A program made the position numbers and the translations under genes. From Felis catus (lineage: Eukaryota): a DNA stretch of 64,000 nucleotides. Where the stretch lies: assembly GCF_018350175.1 (NCBI RefSeq), contig NC_058368.1:34722001-34786000 (forward strand), in the 5' to 3' direction. Positions 38,708 to 50,544 of the stretch are shown here, piece by piece (the first letter of the stretch is position 1; each line of letters opens with the position of its first letter). Under the pieces are notes generated by a model that did no database searches, was not told where the DNA came from, and worked only from the letters and a program-made list of their open reading frames with translations.

Positions 38708-39652
38708 GGATGGCCATCAACCTCACATCACACTTGCCAGTGAACAATTAGTGCTGGGAAAAGAGAGTCTTAACTTGAGAATTCTTGGCTTTCTTTTGCT
38801 TCCTTTATTAAGAAGGATGTAATTACAATAAGGTTAAGATTAAGCTTACTTGCATTCAGTGAAATGACCTGGATGCATGAAGAGATATGAATGTATTTTC
38901 AATGACAATCTTGATCAGGTAAACATTTCTGAAAGGCTAAGGAAAAATGATGCAGTTTAGTTTCTATATGTTGCATTTTCTAAAACCAAAGTTTATTTTA
39001 TCAAGGTGTTCAAAATTTGGCAGTTTCCTCTGAGGTTGCTATATATTTTTATGAAATATACTGAACTAACAAAATATTGTTCAGTACATATAAATAAAGG
39101 CAGTAAGGATATCAGTATCATTATGATTATATAGTGAATAGAAAAGTTATATACAAAGGAAAATGTCATGAGGGAAACCCTGAAGTAGAATAAATTTTCT
39201 TGTTTTATTAAGTAGTATTAAAGTTTTAGGACAAAAATCTACACGTTAAGAATAAGTATTTTAATGATTTCAAAAACATTTTTTTTTCTTTTTTTTTTTC
39301 ACTTTTTGAGTGTGTGTGTGTGTTTTATTTTGTTTTTGTTTTTGTTTTTTGTGGGTTTTTTTTTTCGGCCACCAGTGCCATCATCAACAATTTCAACATC
39401 TAAGGTCTTTTTAGAAACATCCAATGTGTAAAAACACATACATAAATCAGTGCAATGAAAACACTGTCCAACATACATTCTGCACCTTGCTTTTTTCTCC
39501 ATTTAATAAAAAATAATATATATTAGATCTTTCATGTTTTTCTCTATTAGTTATATAGGTTATTTTTTGCTTTTATTTTACCTCTATATCATTGAGTCAC
39601 ATGTATTTTTTTTATAAACCCATGCAAAATGAGGTAAGGAAACATTGTTTTT

Positions 39653-39685
39653 CACTCGATCTTAGCCAGAAGTCCGAGAAGTGAT
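39653..39685 (-). pseudogene. 3'-truncated U2 snRNA retropseudogene (U2 nt 1-33)
   Basis: Reverse complement ATCACTTCTCGGACTTCTGGCTAAGATCGAGTG vs U2 5' end ATCGCTTCTCGGCCTTTTGGCTAAGATCAAGTG: 29/33 identical, starting at U2 nt 1. Confidence 0.92.
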
Positions 39686-41142
39686 AAACTGACCTGTCTT
39701 TCTAACCAGCTAACTAACTGCTCCTACATCATTAGCCACTATTGTCTCTGCTAAATAGAAATGTCTCAATTGTCTTGTATTAATTTGATGTTTGCATGTG
39801 TCACAGTACCAAAATCATAGTCTTTCAATTATCATAGTTTTATAATATTTCTAAAATACTTGGTCATATAATCCCTTCTTCATTACAGAATGTTTCTGGT
39901 GACTCCTATGAGCTTATTCTTCTGGATGATCATTTGTATAATTTCATCAAGTAAAAGGTAGTTTCAGAGCATTTTGAATTATTGGGGGAAATAAGCCATT
40001 TAAGATATTTTTTGAATCACAGGGGAATGCTATTTGGAGAGAATAAGAAAATAAAGCAAAGGTGATAGTGAGTTCTTATTCCTCAAATTAGTGAAAGCAT
40101 AGCATAGTAAATCAGAAAGAAACTAGCAAAGGGGAAATTACAAGAGGTTCTGCTAAGAACCTTAAGCAGACATTTAAGAATCTTTTCAATATTCTAGAAT
40201 TTATTGAACTTTTTAGTATATGATTTTAACTATGCACTATAGAGAAGATAACATTTTTAGTTTCCATCCTCTATATAAAGGACCCACCCAAGTGGATAAC
40301 AAGCAATGAATTAGTTAGAAATAAAGAAAGAAATTAGTAAGAAACAAAATATTAACAATAATTCATAACGATGTTATGACATTTCCATAGTTTTATTATT
40401 AAAGTCATATTTTTGCTAGTTACTGCTATTTACGTGTGGTTACCATTTTTCTCTTTAGTCTGGCACACAGGACCAGTGCCTGAGATGAGTTTCAATAGTT
40501 TCTCAGGTTGCTTTGAAATAAACCTACAATTTATTTCTGCTTTTATAAAAAATGGAAGTCAAACTAGAAGAATATCCAGTGTGTGATAAATTGATATATT
40601 TTTCATTACATGAAAATGTGGACGATTTTCTCTCCTATATTTAGCTGTTTTGGCTTTGAAACTTTGTGCTTCAATCAAAGTGTAATTTTGAAGGAAGACT
40701 GTGTCTTAAGTTTTATTGAAGACTCAGCTATGTTTTCTTTTTCACTGACTTCACCAGAACTAAAGATCCTGGCAGAGAAAACTCACTGCTTGCTACATTT
40801 GAAGTACCTACTGTCCATAAGCATAATTGCTTACCTACCCTAAAGAGATCTTTAATTTGCAAATTTATGGGGAAGGTCTACGGAAGAGGTTGATTCAATA
40901 ATAAATGCCAATCTGATTATTCCAATAATAAATAAATAAACAAAAAGAAGCTAGAGAAAACACTGGAAACAAATATACTTCCATTATCACCTCAGCATCT
41001 ACTGTAGTTAGATCCAAGATAGAAAACAAAGAAAAATATGACAAGAGGCAACATTTCAGACTGAAAGATGTTAGACATTTTATCTATGCCCTTGAGAAAG
41101 AATAGATGTGTGTGACATATGTGTAATTATTCCATTAATCAG

Positions 41143-41158
41143 TGTGTGAGTGTGTGTG

Positions 41159-41196
<38 letters not shown>
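41143..41196. repeat. (TG)n microsatellite
   Basis: Interrupted TG run. Confidence 0.97.
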
Positions 41197-41202
<6 letters not shown>

Positions 41203-42226
41203 AATACAGAGTAGTTCATATCCTAATATATTGTGTCTTAAAGTTTTAAATGATACAAGAAGCCTCTATGTGGTGCACACCTACAGAGTCAGGAAAATCA
41301 TGTCATAAATATTACAATGATCTCTAATAATCAGCTACATGTTGGGCAAATGCATTTAAGTTTGGAAATATCAAATTATAGTGCCATTTGCTATATTTCT
41401 AATGTGAAAGGCTCAGGGGAATCTATAAATACTCTAAACTCATACTTGCCATGGAAAAATTTTACTTGTCGCTGAATTATTACTTGGCCTCTGAAAATCA
41501 TTATCATCATTTGGCTCCCTTGGAGAGATAATTTACCTCATATGGACAAGCACTTTTCTCCCGAGAGGGAGTACTTTTACTAGCCTGTGCCTCATAGGAT
41601 CAGAAATACTTTTAATTGTTTCTCTAGTGCTGATAGCTTCTTTCAACTGGTAGGAGGACTAATCATCTTCTGCAAATACCAAACCAATGAAATGATATGA
41701 TGTTTGTATTCAAAGCAATCAGGTTGCCATTTTAATTTCTATTCTGTACTCATAAGTTCCAATAAGAAACCCTGAAAATGCATTTGTTACCTTTCATTGG
41801 ACTCCTAATTAGTAAATACATTTAGGGTATTTTTGAAGATTTTGTGACAAGGTATATTACATATATTATACAAAGTGCTATATATTATGTTGTATATCAG
41901 AAAAGTTATAAAGCTTAATATCTTAGTTTCTTGATACTTTAACCTCTGAGAATGGACTCAAAATATACAGAATTTTAAATTAGTATTTTACAAATAAATG
42001 TCATTTTCTTTAGGTACATACTAGAGAACAAAAATAAAATGATCAACCATATTTATCTCTTGACTGTATATTCCATTTTTGTTTTTCTTTTCCTGGACTA
42101 GTAGCTAAAAAGGTCTACGTGAGGCTGCTAGATTATTGATTTTTCACATCTCATCAATGGGTCCCAGTACACAGACATAGACACACACTCACATGTACAT
42201 GCACATACACTCACAGATTCTTAGGT

Positions 42227-42306
42227 ATTTTATTTTATTTTATTTTATTTTATTTTATTTTATTTTATTTTATTTTATTTTATTTTATTTTATTTTATTT
42301 TATTTT
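42227..42306. repeat. (TTTTA)n pentanucleotide repeat
   Basis: Long perfect run. Confidence 0.98.
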
Positions 42307-44784
42307 CAGTCTTCCCAGTGGTCTGGTACTCATTTCTATATGAAATGTACTCTCTAAATCACTCTGGACCTCTGCCTTGGGCAGTTTTATGCATCCTAAA
42401 TTAAGACAGCAGGGCCGTGGCCATCCCCTAAGAACAATGTTCTTATTTTAGGATGCAGACGCCAAGCAACAGGAGTCCTGAAGCAGCATCTGACTCGAGC
42501 TTGTCAAGCTTTACAAGCTGTTATTTTCCTTGCCCCTTCACTGTCCTGGGGACTGCCTGATTGTCCTCTTGAAGCTTTCACCATTGATTCCTGTTTCCTT
42601 ACTGGGATGCTCTTCCTGGGAGATACAGGGCCTTGTACAGATTGTCCTAATGAGGGTAATGTACAGAGCTCTTACAAAGATGTGTGATGACCAGGGATGA
42701 AGCATCAGGGATGCCCAAGTGATTTGTTTAATCTTCCTTTTCTATTAATCTGCATGCTGCACACCCCATTCCCTTGAGAGGTTTCCTGTGACACGTTGTT
42801 GGTGTTTGCGACTGTCCGATTTGTATTTAGAGAATACCAGTTTCAGAGGTGAGGGGAAGACTCTAACCTTCCATTACCTTTTCCCTGAGACATCAAGACA
42901 GAAGGAGGAAAATGGTGTTTTATGTGCATGATGTTTCTCAGAAAAGTGACGCTCGTGTACAGGGGACCTATTCACAATATTCCATTCGGGATAGCCCACA
43001 TTACACCACAAATTCCACATCAGTTAAAATCACTGTATTGTTTTCTTCCTGAATTTTGTGAAAATAACACTGCATTAGAGAAAAAGAGAGAGATTGAGGG
43101 CGATACTAAGAGTGAGAAAAGGATGGACAGTTTCTTAGATGGATAAGAAAAATCCCTTTAACACAAGACATAGTACTGAAAATATGCTGCAGCAGTTGAG
43201 ATGTAGATTCAAGTCCTGTGTTATTTATTTTAAAGCATTACAGATTCACTCAAAGACAAGCCATCAGTCAGCAATGATGGAGAACATGAAAACGTATAAG
43301 AATAAATTGGGCCTTAATTTTTTTGACTAACTATAGACATTTATCATAACTAATGCACTTATAATAGCAAGTACTCTTTCTCTCCCTCCTTCTATTTGGT
43401 AATCTCATCTATTTTGTTATGTGTCTTCAACCTAATTAGAAAGCAACAGTCCTGGCTCTGATAAAATGGCAATATTTCTTTTGACCGATATTGGTGAAAC
43501 CCACTGCAATTAAAGTTATAGCAAAAGTTTATGCAAAAACAGTGCAATATTTTTGCTAAATAGTGTGTGAAGTCCTCCTACTTGTGATACCTAATTACTG
43601 GTGTCATGCTTGTAACGGCGACATCTGTGCATACTCAACACTCTAATGGGCAGCTCCTACAGGACTAATGCATTTTAATTGATGGTGTTTAGCGTGGCTT
43701 TTGGTTTTGCGCTCATATGAGAAGCTATGCCCTTCTGCTCCCTTGTCCCCAGATGAGCTGGCTCTCTGCTGGGGAACTCACAGTACAGATGGTCAACAAA
43801 AGGTGAAGACTGCCAGGACTCTAGCTATCAGTCCCTTTCAGCCAAGATAAAATCTGAATTACTAATCAGCTTCTCTCTGCCCCCACACTCACTCTTGCTC
43901 TTAGCCAAGCTGTTTACATTTGGACTTAATGTTAATCTCTCTTTGTCAAATGGCTTTATCAAGTCCCGTTTGATTTGTAACACACCTTCCTAACTAGCAA
44001 ATCAGAACAGAACCAATCCAGTCCCTTAGCACTGGCAGTTCATTTCAAATACAAATTGTTCTTTCCTTGAGGAGAGAGCTAACGCCTGGTTAAATTTCAT
44101 CTCTGGTATCATCTGAAATGGGAAGAAAAAGTACTCAAACACAATAGAACTAAATGGCAGATCACGTGTGTTTCACATGAATCTCGATAGTGCATCCTCT
44201 ATAGAATTGTTATCAATGTTGTTATGTTTAGCTCTTCACAAATATCACATTTGGACTCAGAGTTTTCTGAGCAATATATCCATAGTTCTACTTTGATAAG
44301 AAGTCAGTTACATTGGAAAGAATAAATGAAATGATATACACCTTTCACTGCACTGACCTCACGGTGCTTATATCATTCGTCTTTGTTACTAAAGAAACCA
44401 TTTTAAAAATCATCTGCAACCGTTCAACACACAGGTTGCAGTTGTAAAGAAAGACTACAAAAGAGTGTGTAACTCTCAGGTTGACTATGCTCAAATCTTA
44501 TAATGCTGGAGGCATGAATGATGTAAGAGGGTTAATCTCAGTCTGGAAGTGGGCAGGAAAATTGCCCCCCCCCCCCCGCTGGCCAATTAACCGGAGTCTG
44601 TTGTTTCCTTGGTTTTAAAGACAGCCAGCAGTGGGTCTGCCTGTGTGGTCAATCAGAGGAAAGTGTCACAAAGTTCTAATGAGATGCTGTTAATTTTGAG
44701 TGATAATCAGTGCACTCCTCTTTCTGCATTTGGGGGGAAAGGGGACATTAAATTGCACTCCCTTAAATCATGATCTTAGTACTA

Positions 44785-44797
44785 GTTTCTAGGCAAC
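44785..44797. promoter_or_regulatory. Candidate RFX X-box
   Basis: GTTTCTAGGCAAC fits the imperfect X-box palindrome; a motif match only. Confidence 0.3.
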
Positions 44798-45244
44798 CAT
44801 AACAACAGAATGAAAAAAAATGGAGCCTTTGGAAGATTTTTTTTTCCTGAATGAAATACATGTTTTTGCCTGTCAATTGTGTGTTTTTTTATTGCGTATT
44901 TTGTAATGAGATATTTATAAATCTGAGCTTTAAATTAAGAAAATCAGGGTAAATGCTATGTGCTGCTTTAACTTTATGCTCTAAGAAAGATACCCTCTTT
45001 TAAAGCAACTTAACCAGATTAATATGGTAAACACTGGACATATTAAAAAGTAGATATTCTAACAGATGTCTAAGACTGTCCTTCCCTGTTAGTAGAGATT
45101 AAAAAAATAAAATGACAAAAGAGGTGTTGCACACATAAGCAAAGAAATAAAACTAAAGCAATTGGAGAGATACTTCAATATAAAACACTTTGTAAAGTTG
45201 AAAGGTGTTGCAGAGATGCACACATATATGCCTGATATGAGCAC

Positions 45245-45598
45245 CTGTCTTTGGCTATATAACAAAATACCAAGAACTGGTGGCTTAAACAGCAGACATT
45301 TATTTCTCACAGTTCTGGAGGCTGGAAGTCCTAGATCTGAGTGCTGGCTGATTTGACTTTTGGTGAGGTCACTCTTGGCTTGCAGAAGGCCATCTTTTCA
45401 CTGTGTTCTCACAGTGTGGAGTGGAAGAGCTACCTCTGGTCTCTTCTTATAAAATCACTGAATCCCTCATGAGGATCCCATATTCATGAATTTATCTAAA
45501 CCTGATTACCTCCAACACCCTACCTCCAAACACCACCACGTTGGGGGGTTAGGGATTCAACATATGAATTTGGGAGGATAGAAACATTTACTCCATAA
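45245..45598 (-). mobile_element. MaLR solo LTR (MLT1A-like)
   Basis: ataacaaaatacc...ggtggcttaaacagcagacatttatttctcacagttctggaggctggaagtcc...ttcaacatatgaatttggg. Confidence 0.92.
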
Positions 45599-46579
45599 AG
45601 TCTCTAATACCTCTATGATTATTGTTATTTTGCATTTTAATTTAAAATTAACTGGTTTAGTCATTAGAACAACATTTTGACATAGGAATTATTACCTCAT
45701 ATTACAGGGCAGGGAAATTTAAGCTCAGCTCAATACTTAATTAACTTGCCCAATTTTCTACTACTGTTAAGGGCAAGCATTTTTAAGGTTTATACTTCAG
45801 GTCTTCTGATTTCTGAACCAGATATTAGTAATGCAAGTATTAAAATATTAAATCAAAATTTAAACCTTAAAATATTAAAATCAAAGGCAAGCTGTACTAT
45901 TCTAACTCTATTGATAATAGTCACAAAATGAAGGTTTTTTTTTTCAAAATAAGCTAAATAAGTTAATAAGTTAATAAGCTAAACAAGCTAAAATAAGTCA
46001 CAAAATAAGCTACTCTACCTCAGAAGAAAGGATATTTAATGCCAGACACGATGCACCTCTTTAGATCAACACTAGAGTTATAGATATCAGTAAGCACTCT
46101 TTGGCAGAGTTCACAAAGGGGAAAATGGGCACAGAGAGAGATATTTAGTTTACAGATAGTATTCTGAAATTTATGGTAGTACATATTATAGAAACAAAAG
46201 GAATGTCACATGGGCCAGACTGGAGAAGATGAAACTTGGTCAAGCAAAGCTTTTTGGTGAAATGCCAGAATTCAGCCTTGATTTCAGGATCTTATGCAAT
46301 CACAAAAGAATGGTGTTAAAAAGTATTCATAAACCATGTGAAACACATTGCACATCAAACTCTGAATGTAATTGTATTCCAACAACATTGACATGAAGGA
46401 TTTTTTTTCTCAGATCTTTTGTAGAATAGAGGAGTAATCTGAACCAAGCATGGCAATATCTCTCAATTTCCTTATCCACATAAGAGAAATAAATATATTT
46501 ACAATGAGAAGAGGAGTGAGAACTTGTGAATATTTCAGAAAATGAATGAATTTCCCATCATTTCTCAATATATCCTTTT

Positions 46580-46690
46580 ATCTTTTTTCTTTCTTCGTTT
46601 AAGTAAACTTTATGCCCAATGTGGGGCTTGAACTCTTGACTTGATCATCAAGAGTCACAAGCTCTACTGAGTGAGCCAATTAGGTACCCC
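46580..46690 (-). mobile_element. Short old CAN-SINE
   Basis: aagtaaactttatgcccaatgtggggcttgaactc...atcaagagtcacaagctctactgagtgagcca; flanks aatatatcctt/aacatatcctt. Confidence 0.9.
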
Positions 46691-47724
46691 TTGAACATAT
46701 CCTTAAATTGAACTCTTAAATTTCTGAATAGTTGTTTTCTATTTCTGCTTCTTCAAATATTTTCTATTTCCTTCATGCAAAATATACTTCTGATTTAATT
46801 ATAATCCTAATAATTATATGACATTTTTTTCCTTACACTCATCAAGTGGCTGTGATCTGACCATTAATTCCAATTTCATAATATTTAAGTAAATCTATAG
46901 AAAATTTAATGAATATATGTTTTGATTATTACTATTGCATACTATTACTCATATCGGTTTTGATTAAATAAGAATCCCTTTATAAACAATTTACCAGTTG
47001 TCAACACATGTTTTTCACAAACATATATGAGAGTTAAGGACAGTTAATGTTTTCATATGACAACACCTATAGTTATAGAGGGAAACATACCAAGTTAAAA
47101 ACCAGTAATTATATTAGCAATGAAAGAGTTGTTAGACATGATATATTGCAAAGAGTCACTTGAAAAGTCAAAGTTTGGCTCAAAATTCCTGATACCAAAA
47201 TCTTGCACAGAACAATTCAATAAGAGCAGAAAGATCTCTGTCTAAAAATAATAAATTATTATTTTGTTTTGTAATCTGACAATGGTTAGAGAGTAAAATA
47301 ATAAATAATCACTCTATTTGCTTATTAACCAAGGCATTTTTTAAATTGGCCAATTTAGTGAAAATATGTTTTCAGTATAAAAAATAACAATAATTAAATT
47401 ATTAGCAAGTACACATTAGAAGAAGTATTTATCAGCAGCAAAGAGAATATGATTTATAGTAGTTCTATTTTTAATGTTTTGAGCAACTTTCATATTGTTT
47501 TTATAGTAGGTTTACCAATTTACATTTCTACCAACAGTGTACAAGATTCCCTTTTCTCCACAATATTGCCAACACATGTTGACATTTTTTTTTTAAATAA
47601 TAGCCATCAAGACAGGTGTGAAGCACTATCTCACTGTAATTTTGATTAGCATTTCCTGATAACTAGTGGCATTTTTACATGCATGTTTGCCATTTGTATC
47701 TCTTCTTTGGAGAAACTCATCCCA

Positions 47725-48683
47725 TTTTTTCCAGCCTTATTGAGATATAACTGACATATAACGTAAGATTAAAGTGTACAATGTGATTATTTGACACACA
47801 TATATATTGTGAAATGGTTACCACAATAATTCTGGTAAACATATCCATCACTTCACATCATTAATTTTTGGATGTGGTAAGAACATTTAAGATCTGTTCT
47901 CTTAGAAATTTCCAACTATAAAAGATAGTATTATTAACTACAGTCACAATACTATACATTAGATCCCCAACAATTATTCACCTTATTACTGGATATTTAT
48001 CTATTTCTCTCTATTTCTGTGAATATAGCATTTTTGGATTCCACATATAAAGTCAAATCGTACAGCTATTTTAAAGTATAGTAAGTCTCTGATTTATTTC
48101 ACCTATCAAAATGCCCTCAAGTCCACGCATCTTGTCACAAGTTGCAGAATTACCTTATTTTGTATGGCTGAATAATATTCCATTGCATATTTTATGTATA
48201 TTATATTGTTTCTATATCTTGGCTATTGTGAATAATGCTGCAGTGAACATTGCAGTTATCTCTTGGAATAGTGATTTCATTTCTTCATCTATATACCCAG
48301 AAGTGTGAATGCTGAATTGATCATAAGGTAGTTCTACTTTTGATTTACTGAAGAAACTTCATATTGTTTCATTAATGGCTATGCCAGTTTACATTGCCAT
48401 CAACAATGTACAAAGGTATCATTTTTTCTTTTTTTAAGTCTATTTATTTTGAGAGAAAGAGAGAGAGTGCATTGAGTGGGGGAGGGTCAGAGAGAGAGGG
48501 AGAGAGAGAATCCCAAACAGGCTTTGTGCTCACGAACTATGAGATCATGACCTGAGCCAAAACCAAGAATCAGATGCTTAACCTACTGACGCACCCAGGC
48601 ACCCCACAAAAGTATCATTTTATTGAAATTCTTGCTAGCACTTGTTATTTCTTGTCTTTTTGATAATAGCTGTCCTAACAGGC
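47725..48683 (-). mobile_element. 5'-truncated L1MA-type 3' end nested in the previous L1
   Basis: Begins with ttttttccagccttattgagatataactgaca (reverse complement of an L1MA 3' terminus) and repeats ORF2-end sequence already present at 47460-47620. Confidence 0.85.
48426..48605 (-). mobile_element. CAN-SINE nested in L1
   Basis: TSD acaaa(g/a)gtatcatttt at 48410-48425 and 48606-48621. Confidence 0.96.
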
Positions 48684-49417
48684 CCAATAACTTTAAAGAT
48701 ATCTATTCATGTCCCTTGTCTATTTTAAAATTAGATTATTTGCTTTTTTTCACTAGGGAGTTGTACGAATTACTTACATATTTTGAGTAATAACTCCTTA
48801 CCAGAATATGGTTTGCAAATATCTTCTCCCATTTTTTGGTTGCCTTTTCATTGTCTTAGGTTTTGTTATTTGTATTTGTTTGTTTTGCTGAATAAAAACA
48901 TTTTTAATTGAATGAAATCCATCCCACTTGTCAATTTTTGCTAATTTTATTCCTTGTGCTTTTGGTATTATAACCAAAAAATTTTGTCCAAGACCAATGT
49001 CAAGGAGTTTTTCTCCTATGTTTTTGTGTTGGATTTTTATGGTTTCAGGTCTCACAATTTCCCTTTAATCCATTTCAAGTTAATTTTTGTGCATGGAATA
49101 AAATGGGGATCCAATTTTATTTTTTTGCAGGTAATTATCCAGTTTTCCCAATAAACATTTATTGAAGAGACTGTCCTTTCCCCATAGAGTATTCTTCATC
49201 AGTTGACAGTTTATTTGTGGGTTTATTTCTGGGCTGTCTATTGTATTCTATTTTTTATGGCTGTTTTTATGCCAAGAGTATGCTGGTTTAATTACTTTAG
49301 TTTTTAAATATATTCTGAAATTAGAAAGTATAATACCTTCAGTTTTATTCTTCTTTCTCAAGACTGTTTTGGGTATCTGACATCCTTTGTGGTTCCATGC
49401 AATTTTATAATTGTTTT

Positions 49418-49960
49418 TGATCCAGCAATCCTACTTCTGGATAGTTCGCAAAAGAATGAAATCAGCGTCTCACAGATATATTAGCCCTCCCCTGTCCATT
49501 TCAGCACTACTCTCAATAGCCAAATGTAGAAACACCCCAAGTATTCATGCATGGATGAATAGATAAAATGTAGTATAGCATTCAGTGAGCTACTATTCAA
49601 CCTTTAAAAAGGAGGAAAAGCTACAATGTGCAACAATATGGATGAAACTTGATGACATTATTCTAAGATATATAAGCCAGTCATAGAGGAATAAATATTA
49701 CATGATTCCATTTAAATGAGGCATCTAAAATAGCCAAAGTCATAGAAACAGAGAGGAGAAAGTGGTTGCTAGTGGTTAAGAGGAAGGGAAAAAGGAGAAT
49801 TGTTAATCAATAACTATAAATTTAGTTATGCAAGATGAATTAGTTCTTGAGATTTGCTGTACAACATTGTGCCTAACAATACTCTGTTATACTTAAAAAT
49901 CTGTTAAAAGAGTAGATTTCATATTAGGTATTCTTACTTCAGTAAATTGAAAATAAAAAG
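49418..49960 (+). mobile_element. L1 (L1MA/MB-type) ORF2 end and 3' UTR
   Basis: gatccagcaatcctacttctgg...atggatgaaacttgatgacatt...gttatgcaagatgaattagttc...gagtagatttcatattaggtattcttac, then an A-rich end. Confidence 0.9.
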
Positions 49961-50544
49961 TCTTGAAACAAATTTTAGCTTAGTGGTGGGGTTGAAATAC
50001 CATAGTCTTACCAAACAACTCTATATGATACTGAAAAAAAAGTATTTTAAATAGTATGAAAAAAGAGAAGCAAAAAGAAAGTGGCAGGTTAGGTGTATGT
50101 TTTGTCTTCAGAGAAAGAAAGCAAATAAGTTTATGGTAGCATTTGAAAGGCTACATTGTTACTATATATGTAACCTCTATCACAGAATCTGCTAGAAAGT
50201 AGGGTTTGTTTTTTCCTCACATTAGCTAATATACTGCAAAATTTCTCAGTAAGGATTTAAATCATTGTTAGTAGTTTGTAATTGTAACAAACTGCCATTA
50301 CTAAGGTTACTTATAAAAATATAAACTCATCATTATTGTTCACCCAATAATTAATTATTGTATATTCTTTCTGTCAGTTGAATAAGGTTAAAATATAAGA
50401 AGGTTAAAACTGGTTTTACAATTTTTTATGTAAAAAAAATATATATATATTTATGGTAAGGTCGAATAAAAACAAATATAATAATCCCCAGCAAACCCAT
50501 CATCTATATTTAAACTTTGTTAAAATTTTGTCATATTTGAAGAA

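Larger units (their letters stand above)
47449..49417 (-). mobile_element. L1 (L1MA/MB-type) ORF2 3' portion, split by a nested L1
   Basis: Minus-strand L1 ORF2 sequence at 47449-47715 resumes colinearly at ~48697-49417; ORF 48798..49055 (RPETIK...NIGEKLLDIGLG...KAQ...KIDKWD) is L1 ORF2-like. Confidence 0.9.
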
